Shown here: positions 1 through 9,234 of the stretch, piece by piece
Layout of the letters: each line of letters begins with the position of its first letter
Position numbering within the stretch: position 1 is the first letter of the stretch
Source: an uncultured virus (IMG/VR IMGVR_UViG_3300050202_000023)
Lineage: Duplodnaviria > Heunggongvirae > Uroviricota > Caudoviricetes
Length of the DNA: 62,274 nucleotides
Virus record (IMG/VR): IMGVR_UViG_3300050202_000023
Reading direction: 5' to 3' (one strand)
Notes under the pieces: generated by a model
Told to the model about the DNA's origin: nothing
Database searches by the model: none
What the model saw: the letters and a program-made list of their open reading frames with translations, nothing else
Made by a program: the position numbers and the translations under genes

Positions 1-2
1 GT

Positions 3-389
3 GGGTACGTTTGGTAATTCATTACCCGGACGACTTCCCCGGTAAACCAGTCTAAGATTTGTTACAGAAGAATCAACTTGAAGTACGTTATTCTTTTGTA
101 TATAATAGTACCTGCCTTTGCTAGATTGATTAAGTGGGTAAACAGGTTCATTACCAAACCAAGCTTCTTCAATATCGACTAATCCATCAGGAAGACGAGC
201 TTTACCCCCAACTACTAAGAGGACCGTTTCAAGATTTGATTCCCCTTGTTTAATGCCAATGTCTTGTAAACCTTTTTGTATCTGGTCACTGGCTAATGAT
301 AAGTCTAAAATACCCGCTTCATAAAAAGATCGTAGACGTTTAATTACTTGTTTAGTAATAACTGAACCGTCTATATATGTATGTTCCAT
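3..389 (-). CDS. putative tail ring/tubular protein, truncated by window edge
   Basis: ATG at 389, open to the edge (MEHTYIDGSV...GKARLPDGFVDIEEAW...LRLVYRG); LPxxF motif and position follow the crAss-like ring protein pattern. Confidence 0.45.
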   Translation of the reverse strand, partial: MEHTYIDGSVITKQVIKRLRSFYEAGILDLSLASDQIQKGLQDIGIKQGESNLETVLLVVGGKARLPDGLVDIEEAWFGNEPVYPLNQSSKGRYYYIQKNNVLQVDSSVTNLRLVYRGSRPGNELPNVP

Positions 390-393
390 TAAG

Positions 394-858
394 TTATCGG
401 TTAATTCGTCCAGTATTATCTAACGTAAAATAAGTTTGTCCAGAGAATATATGTTTAGCTAAAGCTCGATTAACAGCTCGACATGCCTTAAATGTCCAGA
501 CAGTTTTAAAAGGTAGGTTTGTTGATTGTAAATGCACCCACTTAATTCTAAAAAAATGACCAAATGTATGTAAGTTTAGTTGTTTCTTTGTTTCTCCTGT
601 CTTGGAAAAATGAATTAGATCCCGGTAAACTTTGGTAGAGGGTAACTTACTTTTTACCACAACCAGCATACCTAACTGTTTGGGTAGCATAAATCCAAGT
701 GGATTTGTCAGCACTTCCTCTACAATTAACTCAACCATACGTTTCATTAACTGTGTCCAGACAGGTAAAGGTAAAGTAGCTTCAAGTTGTTTATGAAACA
801 CTTTACCAAATTTAGGACCACCCCGGACTAATTTAGTTTTAGTTTGCTGCACGGTCAA
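394..858 (-). CDS. IHF/HU-like protein of crAss-like structural block
   Basis: GFMLPKQLGMLVV...NLHTFGHFFRIKW...WTFKACR resembles the crAss IHF-like protein next to tail ring genes. Confidence 0.6.
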   Translation of the reverse strand: MTVQQTKTKLVRGGPKFGKVFHKQLEATLPLPVWTQLMKRMVELIVEEVLTNPLGFMLPKQLGMLVVVKSKLPSTKVYRDLIHFSKTGETKKQLNLHTFGHFFRIKWVHLQSTNLPFKTVWTFKACRAVNRALAKHIFSGQTYFTLDNTGRINR

Positions 859-1429
859 GGGGTAATTGATTTGTATTTGTATCCTGTGGGATACTTACTG
901 GGGCTACTCCTAATTGTTGTACAACTGTATTTTGTAGATCCTCTTCAAGATGATCAGGTACCGGAAACCGAACATCAAGTTCTGACTGACACTCACTTTC
1001 TTTCTGTGGCTGTTTCCAGTATCGAATAGTAACGGATTCTCCCGGGTCTTGAGTTAGTATAAGTTTATTATTATCAATCCAGAAATAAGTACCTGTAGAA
1101 TCCTGCTGTTGCTTTGGTGTTGAATTAATGTAGTTTGTCCCATCATCAGTTAATACCTGTAAAAATGGCCCATTTTGATGATAAAATAATGAAGGTAACA
1201 AGGCTACACTTTCATACCGGTTTTTATCAACTTGTCGTACTTCAAGTATTTCTGAAGAAAACAGGTTTGTTTGTTTCCACACTCTTCGACTGTCTGAGTC
1301 ACGTCGTACTAATAAATTTAAAAGAGTTTCAAGCTTATTAGCAATCATTCGATTATTAATACGTAAATCAGGATCATTAGCCCGAAGTCGTTGTCTAATC
1401 TGGTAAATCCACTCCCGACGTGTTTTCAT
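839..1429 (-). CDS. tail tubular/ring protein
   Basis: YFWIDNNKL and ELDVRFPVPDHL...PQDTNTN pattern; synteny. Confidence 0.55.
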   Translation of the reverse strand: MKTRREWIYQIRQRLRANDPDLRINNRMIANKLETLLNLLVRRDSDSRRVWKQTNLFSSEILEVRQVDKNRYESVALLPSLFYHQNGPFLQVLTDDGTNYINSTPKQQQDSTGTYFWIDNNKLILTQDPGESVTIRYWKQPQKESECQSELDVRFPVPDHLEEDLQNTVVQQLGVAPVSIPQDTNTNQLPLDRAAN

Positions 1430-1430
1430 A

Positions 1431-1661
1431 CTAATATATATAAACAGTGTGTCCTTCTGGACCCTTTGTACACTTTTGTAAACTAAACGTACCTAACTCA
1501 AAGTCTTTTATAGCTGCACTATAAGCTTCACTATAGTTATAGTAACTGGCCAGTACTTTTTGATCTTTAATTAATAAAACCCGGTCAGGATACTTTTTAA
1601 ACAGCTCTTGCTGATTTGCTAAATAATAGTCAAGATTTTCTGACAAGGCTTTGTGCTCCAT
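1431..1661 (-). CDS. DUF5678-like small protein (likely start MEHKAL)
   Basis: NLDYYLANQQELFKKYPDRVLLIKDQKVLASY..AY matches the DUF5678 pattern. Confidence 0.55.
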   Translation of the reverse strand: MEHKALSENLDYYLANQQELFKKYPDRVLLIKDQKVLASYYNYSEAYSAAIKDFELGTFSLQKCTKGPEGHTVYIY

Positions 1662-1662
1662 A

Positions 1663-2205
1663 CTAAAGTTTATAGTTTCGTTTAATGTCAAGATATACTT
1701 TGTCAACCTGTTTAAAACCTTTGATTGGGTTTAATATTGGCATAGTTCCTGACATAGTTATTGTAAAACCAAGAATGTCTTTAAGGTACGTACATAATTC
1801 TTTGTAAGCAACTCTGGAACTACCAATTGCACTCTTTGAGGTTGATTTCCCCGGAGCCAAACAACCTAGTAGTTCTTCAGCGTTATTGGCTGGATGAATT
1901 AAAATACCATCATAGCCTTTTACAGACTCAATACGGGGTATGTACATATCCCGTCCAAACTTAGCTGTAAATCGAGGACTTTTAGCTAATACAACTTCAT
2001 AAGGTTTTACATCAGGAATTGGAATAGCTGTCTTTCCATATACTTTAAGTGCTTGAATTTTAGCTAAAGGCATTGAATCATTTAATCCTTTATCATTATC
2101 TTCAAGTGAATAGAGATTTTTGATAGGTTTACCATTTATATGCCAGTCTCCAATAGCACTAAGGTTTGTATTAATCTGTCGTATAACCAATAAGTTAATA
2201 TCCAT
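1663..2205 (-). CDS. putative endolysin, DUF5675 (YkuD-like H..C motif)
   Basis: KVYGKTAIP, GILIHPAN...LLGCLAPG, SRVAY motifs; adjacent to two membrane proteins; start probably MDINLL. Confidence 0.75.
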   Translation of the reverse strand: MDINLLVIRQINTNLSAIGDWHINGKPIKNLYSLEDNDKGLNDSMPLAKIQALKVYGKTAIPIPDVKPYEVVLAKSPRFTAKFGRDMYIPRIESVKGYDGILIHPANNAEELLGCLAPGKSTSKSAIGSSRVAYKELCTYLKDILGFTITMSGTMPILNPIKGFKQVDKVYLDIKRNYKL

Positions 2206-2209
2206 AACA

Positions 2210-2833
2210 TTATTTATAAAATTGCCACCAGTGTTTTTTAGGATCAATTAATACAGTATCGTGTATAACTATAGTTTTAGTTTTTCTTCGTCTGGGCTCC
2301 TTTACTGGTATTCGTTTTATTATTGTAACCGTATCTATTTTTTTACTGTTTTCTTCAAACCTTTTTAGTGCAGCCAGTACACTAAGTTGACGAGTTGAGA
2401 TTCGAACTAGACTGCTATCAATTTGATCATACCGGGTATTAATTGTAGTTTCAATCTTTTCATTTGCCGGGTCAAGTTGCTGGAGTGTAATAAAACTTAC
2501 TCCAAATATAACAACCAAGAGGCCAACTCCTATTTCTCTTAAAAAGGTCATTCGAAGTAGTTTTTCAACAGCACTTGTATTAGGGTACTGTTTATAGTAG
2601 GAAAGTAAAACCATACCAAGCATAAACGTAGTACCTACACCATAGGTAAGCCAAGGCTCAGGATTTAATTTAGGTTCTACAAACCCAAATGCAGCTAATC
2701 CTGATGTTAGCATACCCACCCAGATACCCCATTTCCAAGTAAGCTTTTTTGTATTTCCTGCCAGAATTAAACTCCCGTATTCAAATAAACCGGATAGTAG
2801 TACAAGAATAAGCGGTAATGTTGTGTTAATCAT
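2210..2833 (-). CDS. multi-TM membrane protein, lysis cassette (holin/spanin-like)
   Basis: four hydrophobic segments then a soluble tail; next to the endolysin. Confidence 0.45.
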   Translation of the reverse strand: MINTTLPLILVLLSGLFEYGSLILAGNTKKLTWKWGIWVGMLTSGLAAFGFVEPKLNPEPWLTYGVGTTFMLGMVLLSYYKQYPNTSAVEKLLRMTFLREIGVGLLVVIFGVSFITLQQLDPANEKIETTINTRYDQIDSSLVRISTRQLSVLAALKRFEENSKKIDTVTIIKRIPVKEPRRRKTKTIVIHDTVLIDPKKHWWQFYK

Positions 2834-3200
2834 CAGTCTTAGTTTTATCTGGACTTTTTAGTATTGTATAAAAAGCTTTTATAGCCGAACCAAGTCGTTC
2901 TATAATTTCAATAGGATCGGTTTGTTTATCAAACCATCTAGCCACAAGTATAATAAATTTAGCCATTCCCAGACTCGTAAAAAATCCAAGTATGCCAACA
3001 AGTAAAACATTTAATTTAAACTGAACTAAGCACATAATAGCTAAAGCTCCTAAAACTACGACAGCAGCAAACTGACTATAAATTCGGGCAGCAAGACCTA
3101 GTTTTTCTGTGTCTTTAACCACGAATAATCGTACTCCGACACCAGCAAAGATTAGGAACGCTACGAACCCGATTTCAACTGGATCAAGTGTAGATAACAT
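2826..3200 (-). CDS. putative holin
   Basis: 124 aa, three TM segments, charged C-terminus, upstream of the endolysin. Confidence 0.55.
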   Translation of the reverse strand: MLSTLDPVEIGFVAFLIFAGVGVRLFVVKDTEKLGLAARIYSQFAAVVVLGALAIMCLVQFKLNVLLVGILGFFTSLGMAKFIILVARWFDKQTDPIEIIERLGSAIKAFYTILKSPDKTKTDD

Positions 3201-3222
3201 TAAAACGGTGGATTAAGCACAA

Positions 3223-3609
3223 TTAGGCATTAATTGTGTATTGTAAAAAATACTGCCAGTCAGTTCGGTCGGGTTTAATAAGATCTAGTGTGGAACGAGT
3301 TATATATAAGTGCCCAGTTTGCAAATCAATAACTGCTTGCATACCTGTACTTACACTTAAAAGTTTTGAATCAGTATTTGGCGGATAATTTATTTTTAAA
3401 CCATTACTAACCCGACAAGTACAAATTCCAACAATAGCCGAAATACTGGCTTTTATTAAATTCATTCGTTCCTGTAAGTCTGGTAAAATATTTAAAGCTG
3501 GCTGAGCACCCGGTACTTTATACGGATCTAATGTAAATGGATACCGATTTACCTGTGATAGCCAGTTTTTTGACGTATATACTTCTGTATCGTTAAGTGT
3601 TTGCCACAT
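3223..3609 (-). CDS. hypothetical protein
   Basis: 128-aa ORF with its own promoter-like element. Confidence 0.6.
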   Translation of the reverse strand: MWQTLNDTEVYTSKNWLSQVNRYPFTLDPYKVPGAQPALNILPDLQERMNLIKASISAIVGICTCRVSNGLKINYPPNTDSKLLSVSTGMQAVIDLQTGHLYITRSTLDLIKPDRTDWQYFLQYTINA

Positions 3610-3674
3610 GTGTATAAAAGTAAAACCGTTTAAAGTTAATTAAACGGTTCTTTGTTATTTATAAAGTAACTAAT

Positions 3675-4901
3675 TTAGAAATTACCACAATCTACTTGTT
3701 GAGAGGAGCCTGTTACACCACTGGCTACACTATATCCTAGTTGAGTAAACGAACCTCCCGGAGCAGATAATTGACATATTTGACCTCCGCTATGAATAGT
3801 AAATAGTTTACCATTGTTTACAAACAAACCATAAGCAGCTGGAAATAATAAAGCTGTTTCTGTTACTACTGCACCAGTATCTTTATTGTATTCAGTTAAG
3901 AATCCATTTCCAGCTACTCCATTTTTATTTATAGTAACAAAGAAAGAGTTTCTACTGGCACTATATAATATATCACCCTGACAGAATCCAGTCATTTGAA
4001 ATAACACTGTACTAGTACCATTAGAATTTAATCTAACTATGTTTTCTCCAGCAATATATAAATTATTATTATCACCATAACAAAGACCAGGGTAATCAAA
4101 TGTACTACTGTTTGTATATGTAGTTGTAGTTTTGTTAAAGGATAAAGCATCTACAAAATCTACTATAATTGATGTTTGTCCAGCTACATCTTTATATCGT
4201 ATTAAAGCATAGGTATTACCATTCAAAGCCATATCAGTATACTGAGTCGTAGCTGTATATACTTTAGTAGATACTTGATTAATTAAATCTAATCTGTATA
4301 TTTCATCTACTGCTCCAGATAATTTGTTATAGTATACATTACAACCATCACTAGCTGGAGGAGGGGGTGTTTCTACACAAGCTGGACTTGTAATAGTTAT
4401 ATTCTGATCCCACCAAACTGTGCAGTCAGTTCCATTAAATGCTCGTATTGTATAGTTTCTACTTTGTCCAGACGGGGGATGTGGTAAACTGGCTATACCC
4501 GTACTGCCTGACCATGTACCGTCTAGTGGAGTACAAGAGTTTCCATTTAAGAAATTACCATTAACTACAATTTTATAACCAGTTGCATTTTCAATATCAT
4601 TGATTTGAACAGTGGCATTAGTTAATACATTGTTTGTACATACAGGTTGAGCTGTAATACCAATAGTAAAAAATGGATTTGGTACAGTACTGTTACAGGC
4701 AAAATTAAAACTTTGAGCTGTAGTACAACCATCTTTTGTTAGAGTAACAATATAGTCCTGTGGGGCACTTCCACTAAGCTCAGAAAACGTAATAAGTCCT
4801 CCCGAGTAGCTTTGAAAACGCTCAGTATTATCACCAGCAATCTTTACTGAAAGTATAAAAGGACTTGGTGCATTAATAAGTGTAGCTGGTATTGTTGCCA
4901 T
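3675..4901 (-). CDS. virion/receptor-binding protein: Cys-containing Ig-like domains plus C-terminal beta-propeller-like region
   Basis: Thr/Ser/Gly/Cys-rich N-half, PPPP linker, repeated GDI/LYIAG/YGLF blade-like strands. Confidence 0.55.
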   Translation of the reverse strand: MATIPATLINAPSPFILSVKIAGDNTERFQSYSGGLITFSELSGSAPQDYIVTLTKDGCTTAQSFNFACNSTVPNPFFTIGITAQPVCTNNVLTNATVQINDIENATGYKIVVNGNFLNGNSCTPLDGTWSGSTGIASLPHPPSGQSRNYTIRAFNGTDCTVWWDQNITITSPACVETPPPPASDGCNVYYNKLSGAVDEIYRLDLINQVSTKVYTATTQYTDMALNGNTYALIRYKDVAGQTSIIVDFVDALSFNKTTTTYTNSSTFDYPGLCYGDNNNLYIAGENIVRLNSNGTSTVLFQMTGFCQGDILYSASRNSFFVTINKNGVAGNGFLTEYNKDTGAVVTETALLFPAAYGLFVNNGKLFTIHSGGQICQLSAPGGSFTQLGYSVASGVTGSSQQVDCGNF

Positions 4902-5495
4902 TTAGCAGGTTGCTTGTCCAAGAGTTAGCCCAATAGTGCAGGTTGTCCCACAAGTCGGTGATGTAACAGTAATACTACGATCAGTAAATAAAGAACAGTC
5001 TGTACCACCCCACATTCTAATGGTAAATACCTGACTAGTACCTTGTGGAGGGGATGGTACATTAAATGCATAGGTACTTCCAGAAAAAGCATTAGCTCCG
5101 TTACAGTCATTTACATCAACCTGTGTATTTTGGTAGTAGTGATACCGGTTTCCGTTTGTTACATTATTTAACGTAATTGTAGCAAACTGGCTTAGTACCG
5201 TTCCTCCACATGTGGGTTGTTGAACAGACAGGGTATAGTTTGGAGCAGCACTAACTGTATCACAGTTAACATTACCTGTAAACTGATATGTACTACAAGG
5301 GGGTGTAGCTGAATCTGTTACCTGTACCCGGTAATTTCTTACACCAGATAAAGTTGTATAAGTAATTGTTCGGTTTGTGGTGTTACTTGAAGCACAACCA
5401 CTAGTACAACTTATTGGGGTACCGGTTCCAACCTCTGTAATACTGATTGTATACGGTGGCGTTCCTTGTGTAATTGTAAGTGTATTTTGAGCCAT
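4902..5495 (-). CDS. Cys/Thr-rich Ig-like virion protein
   Basis: GTPPYT and VTDS SprB-like strands; domain shared with 3675..4901. Confidence 0.55.
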   Translation of the reverse strand: MAQNTLTITQGTPPYTISITEVGTGTPISCTSGCASSNTTNRTITYTTLSGVRNYRVQVTDSATPPCSTYQFTGNVNCDTVSAAPNYTLSVQQPTCGGTVLSQFATITLNNVTNGNRYHYYQNTQVDVNDCNGANAFSGSTYAFNVPSPPQGTSQVFTIRMWGGTDCSLFTDRSITVTSPTCGTTCTIGLTLGQATC

Positions 5496-5698
5496 TAGAC
5501 TAATGCTGCTTTCAGCAAGTTTTTAACCGTTGGGTTTGCATTTAGATAGGTAATTAATGCGGGAATAAATACTGGAAACGCATGAGAATCCAGTATTTGT
5601 TTTACCGATAAGTCTGTTGTGTATTGTACACACTCAGCTTTAATTTGATCAGCACAGCCCTTGATTGGGGGTAATGTGGTTTTACAACAGTTACACAT
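5495..5698 (-). CDS. small Cys-rich structural protein
   Basis: MCNCC...AECVQY..L.V.QIL, typical fibre N-terminal motif; coupled to neighbours. Confidence 0.45.
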   Translation of the reverse strand: MCNCCKTTLPPIKGCADQIKAECVQYTTDLSVKQILDSHAFPVFIPALITYLNANPTVKNLLKAALV

Positions 5699-5701
5699 AA
5701 A

Positions 5702-7711
5702 TTAAGAAGTAGTTATAGATTCAACAAACCAGTTTTCTCCTGACATAGCATTTTCATTTCGGGTTTGATAAACAAGTTTTAGTTGTTCAATAACCCCTGA
5801 AAATGATCCGTTTGAAGATGTGTTAAATGTGTAGTCTCGCATAGTACCATCATTAGTTGTAGTAAAATTAAAGAACTGGTTAGCATTAATAGCTTGATCT
5901 TCCGGCTGATTAGTTTTACTAAAAAATAATCTAAAGCTAGTATTTGATCCTGTATTAGCCATTCGAACTTTAATCTGACTAATAGTATTGGCAGGAACAG
6001 CCAAGAATGGACTAGTTAATTCTGCATAGGCTGTAGTTGGCCGAATCTGTACTTGGTTAACTAATGGAAATCCAGTTACGTTATCTGCTTTTTTATAAAA
6101 CCAGAAACCAAGTCCGTTTGCTGCATTAAATGTTTGACTAAAGTTTTTAACGTTATTTGGTTGAGCATTAGACCATGTTCGAATTTCATCAACTGATCCT
6201 ACAATTACAGCCGATTCATTGTAATATACCCCATTCCATTCTTGGTTAAGAATTGGTAAAAATGATGTATAGTTACAGGCATTATCAAATTCAGTTGAGT
6301 TTGCTCCAAATGCAAAATTCTTTTGTGTTGTAGCATACAGTCGTGGATTCCATAGACCAACAATAGAGTCATTGTTTCCCAGACAGGCTACCCAAGGCTC
6401 ACCAATTCTAAACGGAGTCTGGTCATGGTTAGCTTTGGTACCAATACTTCCTCCCGGAGTTAAAGCATATTGTACACTTGGAGTAAGATCGTAGTTTACA
6501 TATAGACAAGGATACTCCTGAGCCAAAGCTTCGTGTGTCCGAGTATCCCAAGTACGGTTATGAGTAAACTTAACGTACTGTCTCATAGCTTTACCATCTA
6601 GCTTAACCCATTGCTCCATGATAACATCTGTAGGATCATCATCAGAAGACCAGTTCTGCATTCTTATTTTGGTATAAATAGTTGTATTATTCATACCAAA
6701 AGCAAGCATTTCACTAGGGTCTTGAAAAGTAGAACCGGCTTGAATTGGGTCATTGGCTGTACCAGCAGGTCTAAATTGACCATCAGGGGCTAGTTCATAC
6801 CCGTAAATTCCGTTTGGAGCCCAGTTTAAAGCAATGGTAGCATTAGCTTTATTTGTAGTACGTCCTCCCCGGTATAAAGCATACTGAAGCTGTCTTCCCA
6901 AGTCAAAGTTATTAACTAGGTTTGGACCGTTTTTTCTACTTATATGAGACGGGCAACCACCATAATTTTTCCAGACTTCCACCCGGATAANNNNNNNNNN
7001 CCGGATAAATTCATTTTCAAGTACAGCCTTTTCTCCAATAATACGGTTATTGTGATTATCTCGTCTGTTATCAAATTCAGGCCAAGTTTGGTTAGTCGTG
7101 ATTGGTACGAAGTTAAAGTTGATAATTGGGTCAATAGTACCCCCATCAGCCGGGGGAGGTGTATCAATAGTACCACCACCACCAGAACCAGCATTAAGTA
7201 AAACTGACCGATTAGCCCCTACTGACGGAGTTAATAGAATAACATGGGTTCCAAGACCTCCTTCTTGTTTTAGTGTAAGCGTTAATGGTATAGACGACAA
7301 GAATAGCTTCCACTGTTTATTAAAACTACCTTGACCTGTTAATGGACCATATCCGTAGAATGTACCAAAAACAATAGGAACATTATCTGGGTTTGTTGTA
7401 GAAAAAGGTTGTCCATCTCTTCGTTCAAACTTAAGTTCTCCAATTGAGCCAGCACCTTCAAAAGTTAGTATAGCTCCGTCAAATGAGTATCTAAACCCAC
7501 CAACCCATGCAGGAACACCTGTATTTTCTACAGGGGGCTCCCCATTACCACCAACAGTTACCTGAATTGATCCAGCATTAACCAAGTTAAAAAAAGGTAC
7601 ACTTTCCCCATTACCCGTATCTGGGTATACACTAAGGTCTCTGGAAACAGTACCTCGTTCAATAGTACTATTGATTTTTGTACGTTTAACTTTTTGTGTT
7701 ACAATTGCCAT
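5702..7711 (-). CDS. tail fibre/receptor-binding protein with carbohydrate-active-like beta domains
   Basis: 669 aa (one N gap); LENEFIR..GGCPSHI supersandwich-like start and C-terminal galactose-binding-like domain. Confidence 0.5.
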   Translation of the reverse strand: MAIVTQKVKRTKINSTIERGTVSRDLSVYPDTGNGESVPFFNLVNAGSIQVTVGGNGEPPVENTGVPAWVGGFRYSFDGAILTFEGAGSIGELKFERRDGQPFSTTNPDNVPIVFGTFYGYGPLTGQGSFNKQWKLFLSSIPLTLTLKQEGGLGTHVILLTPSVGANRSVLLNAGSGGGGTIDTPPPADGGTIDPIINFNFVPITTNQTWPEFDNRRDNHNNRIIGEKAVLENEFIRXXXXIRVEVWKNYGGCPSHISRKNGPNLVNNFDLGRQLQYALYRGGRTTNKANATIALNWAPNGIYGYELAPDGQFRPAGTANDPIQAGSTFQDPSEMLAFGMNNTTIYTKIRMQNWSSDDDPTDVIMEQWVKLDGKAMRQYVKFTHNRTWDTRTHEALAQEYPCLYVNYDLTPSVQYALTPGGSIGTKANHDQTPFRIGEPWVACLGNNDSIVGLWNPRLYATTQKNFAFGANSTEFDNACNYTSFLPILNQEWNGVYYNESAVIVGSVDEIRTWSNAQPNNVKNFSQTFNAANGLGFWFYKKADNVTGFPLVNQVQIRPTTAYAELTSPFLAVPANTISQIKVRMANTGSNTSFRLFFSKTNQPEDQAINANQFFNFTTTNDGTMRDYTFNTSSNGSFSGVIEQLKLVYQTRNENAMSGENWFVESITTS

Positions 7712-7723
7712 TAATACTATTTT

Positions 7724-9232
7724 TTAAGGAGTTACACTAATTGGAACTTTGTCCCAAATTAAATTAGTAATGTTTATATGACCAGCATCGGACGGGTGAT
7801 TACTAAATCCATCTGTTGCATTAGCCATACCACTAAAGCTTACAAACGGATAGCTTCGTTCAGTAGCAACTTGTTGTACTAGTTGACTACCTTGTACCTG
7901 AGTGTCTGTAAGACTTTCCCAAACACTACCAGTTACAACTACTTTAGCTGTTGGACTTTGAGCTTTAAGCCGGTCAATTAATGCTTTGTAAGCTACAGGG
8001 AAATTATGACTAAGATCCGTTACGTTTTCAAGTAATCGAATAATTACCAGATCAGGATTAAAAGCTGCTGCCAGATCAATTCTGGCTAGAGCATCAGAAG
8101 CAGGGTTCCAGTAAGCCGATTCCCAATATGACCCTTCAACTCCGTCTGTACCATTAATATCTCCAAAACGTCTTAGCTGTACACTAGGATTCACTTCTCT
8201 AAACTTATCTCCAAGTAAAGAATAGTAATCTTTGTTTGCTGCTGACGCATCCATACCCCAAGGGCCACGAGTTCCATTTGCCCAAGCTGGTATTACTGGG
8301 TGACGTGTAATACTATTACCAACAACTAATACACGTTGGTAGTACTTAATGCCAACTGGTTGTGATGGAGTACTACCAAGATTTACGTTGGCTGCATTGG
8401 TTGCCGGAGTAAATACAAACTCGGCTGTTTGATTTGTACTACTTAGTTTAGCTGTAATCTTTAGTGAAACTTGAGGTAGTAAAACCTGCCATTGTTTTGT
8501 ATTATTAACAAATCCAAACCCATAATACTGGTTTGACTGAATTGTTACGTTGTCAGGATTACTTGTTGTAAATGACTGTCCATCAGAACGTTCAAACTTC
8601 ATCAAGTCAACTGATCCAGCAGCTTTTAACGTTAATAATCCACCACTATAACTATAGTTTAAAGATGTAATCCAGCTTGGTAACTGGTTAACAACCTGAA
8701 CCGGAATAGATGGACCGTTTTCATTATCAGGTCCCCAAGGACCGTCTTGTGTTGGAGCACTTCGTTGGATCAATACTTTATTAGTAATTGATGCCGTTGG
8801 TAAATTTAAGTAATAAGTAAATGTTGGAGAAGTACCCTGAATAACCAGCTTAATTCCTTGACCCGGTTGAAAACCACCAGAGCCCGTTGACCGTCTACCA
8901 AACCGCCATTGTTTAACAAATACACCCTGTCCACTTAAAGGTCCAGCTCCGTAAGGAGTACCACTTTGTAACCCATCTCCATCTGAGTTTCCAGCAAGTA
9001 CCGTACTATTGTCCTGTGCTTCAAATGATATAGTAGACAGATCAGATGAACTATCAACTTGTAACATTTTAGTACCTACATCATAACTGTACCTTAAATC
9101 ATACGTACTGGGTAACGTTGGCTGTACAATCGCTACAGTATCAGTACTTACCTGATTCAGTGAATCCTGTACGCGAACCGTATAAGTTCCTGATGTAATA
9201 AATGAGGGTAGCTGAATTGTTTTTGTATACAT
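7724..9232 (-). CDS. virion-associated SGNH/GDSL esterase (tail spike-like)
   Basis: VLVVGNSIT (block I Ser), PDLVIIRLLEN (block III), NHPSDAGH (block V). Confidence 0.8.
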   Translation of the reverse strand: MYTKTIQLPSFITSGTYTVRVQDSLNQVSTDTVAIVQPTLPSTYDLRYSYDVGTKMLQVDSSSDLSTISFEAQDNSTVLAGNSDGDGLQSGTPYGAGPLSGQGVFVKQWRFGRRSTGSGGFQPGQGIKLVIQGTSPTFTYYLNLPTASITNKVLIQRSAPTQDGPWGPDNENGPSIPVQVVNQLPSWITSLNYSYSGGLLTLKAAGSVDLMKFERSDGQSFTTSNPDNVTIQSNQYYGFGFVNNTKQWQVLLPQVSLKITAKLSSTNQTAEFVFTPATNAANVNLGSTPSQPVGIKYYQRVLVVGNSITRHPVIPAWANGTRGPWGMDASAANKDYYSLLGDKFREVNPSVQLRRFGDINGTDGVEGSYWESAYWNPASDALARIDLAAAFNPDLVIIRLLENVTDLSHNFPVAYKALIDRLKAQSPTAKVVVTGSVWESLTDTQVQGSQLVQQVATERSYPFVSFSGMANATDGFSNHPSDAGHINITNLIWDKVPISVTP

Positions 9233-9234
9233 TA

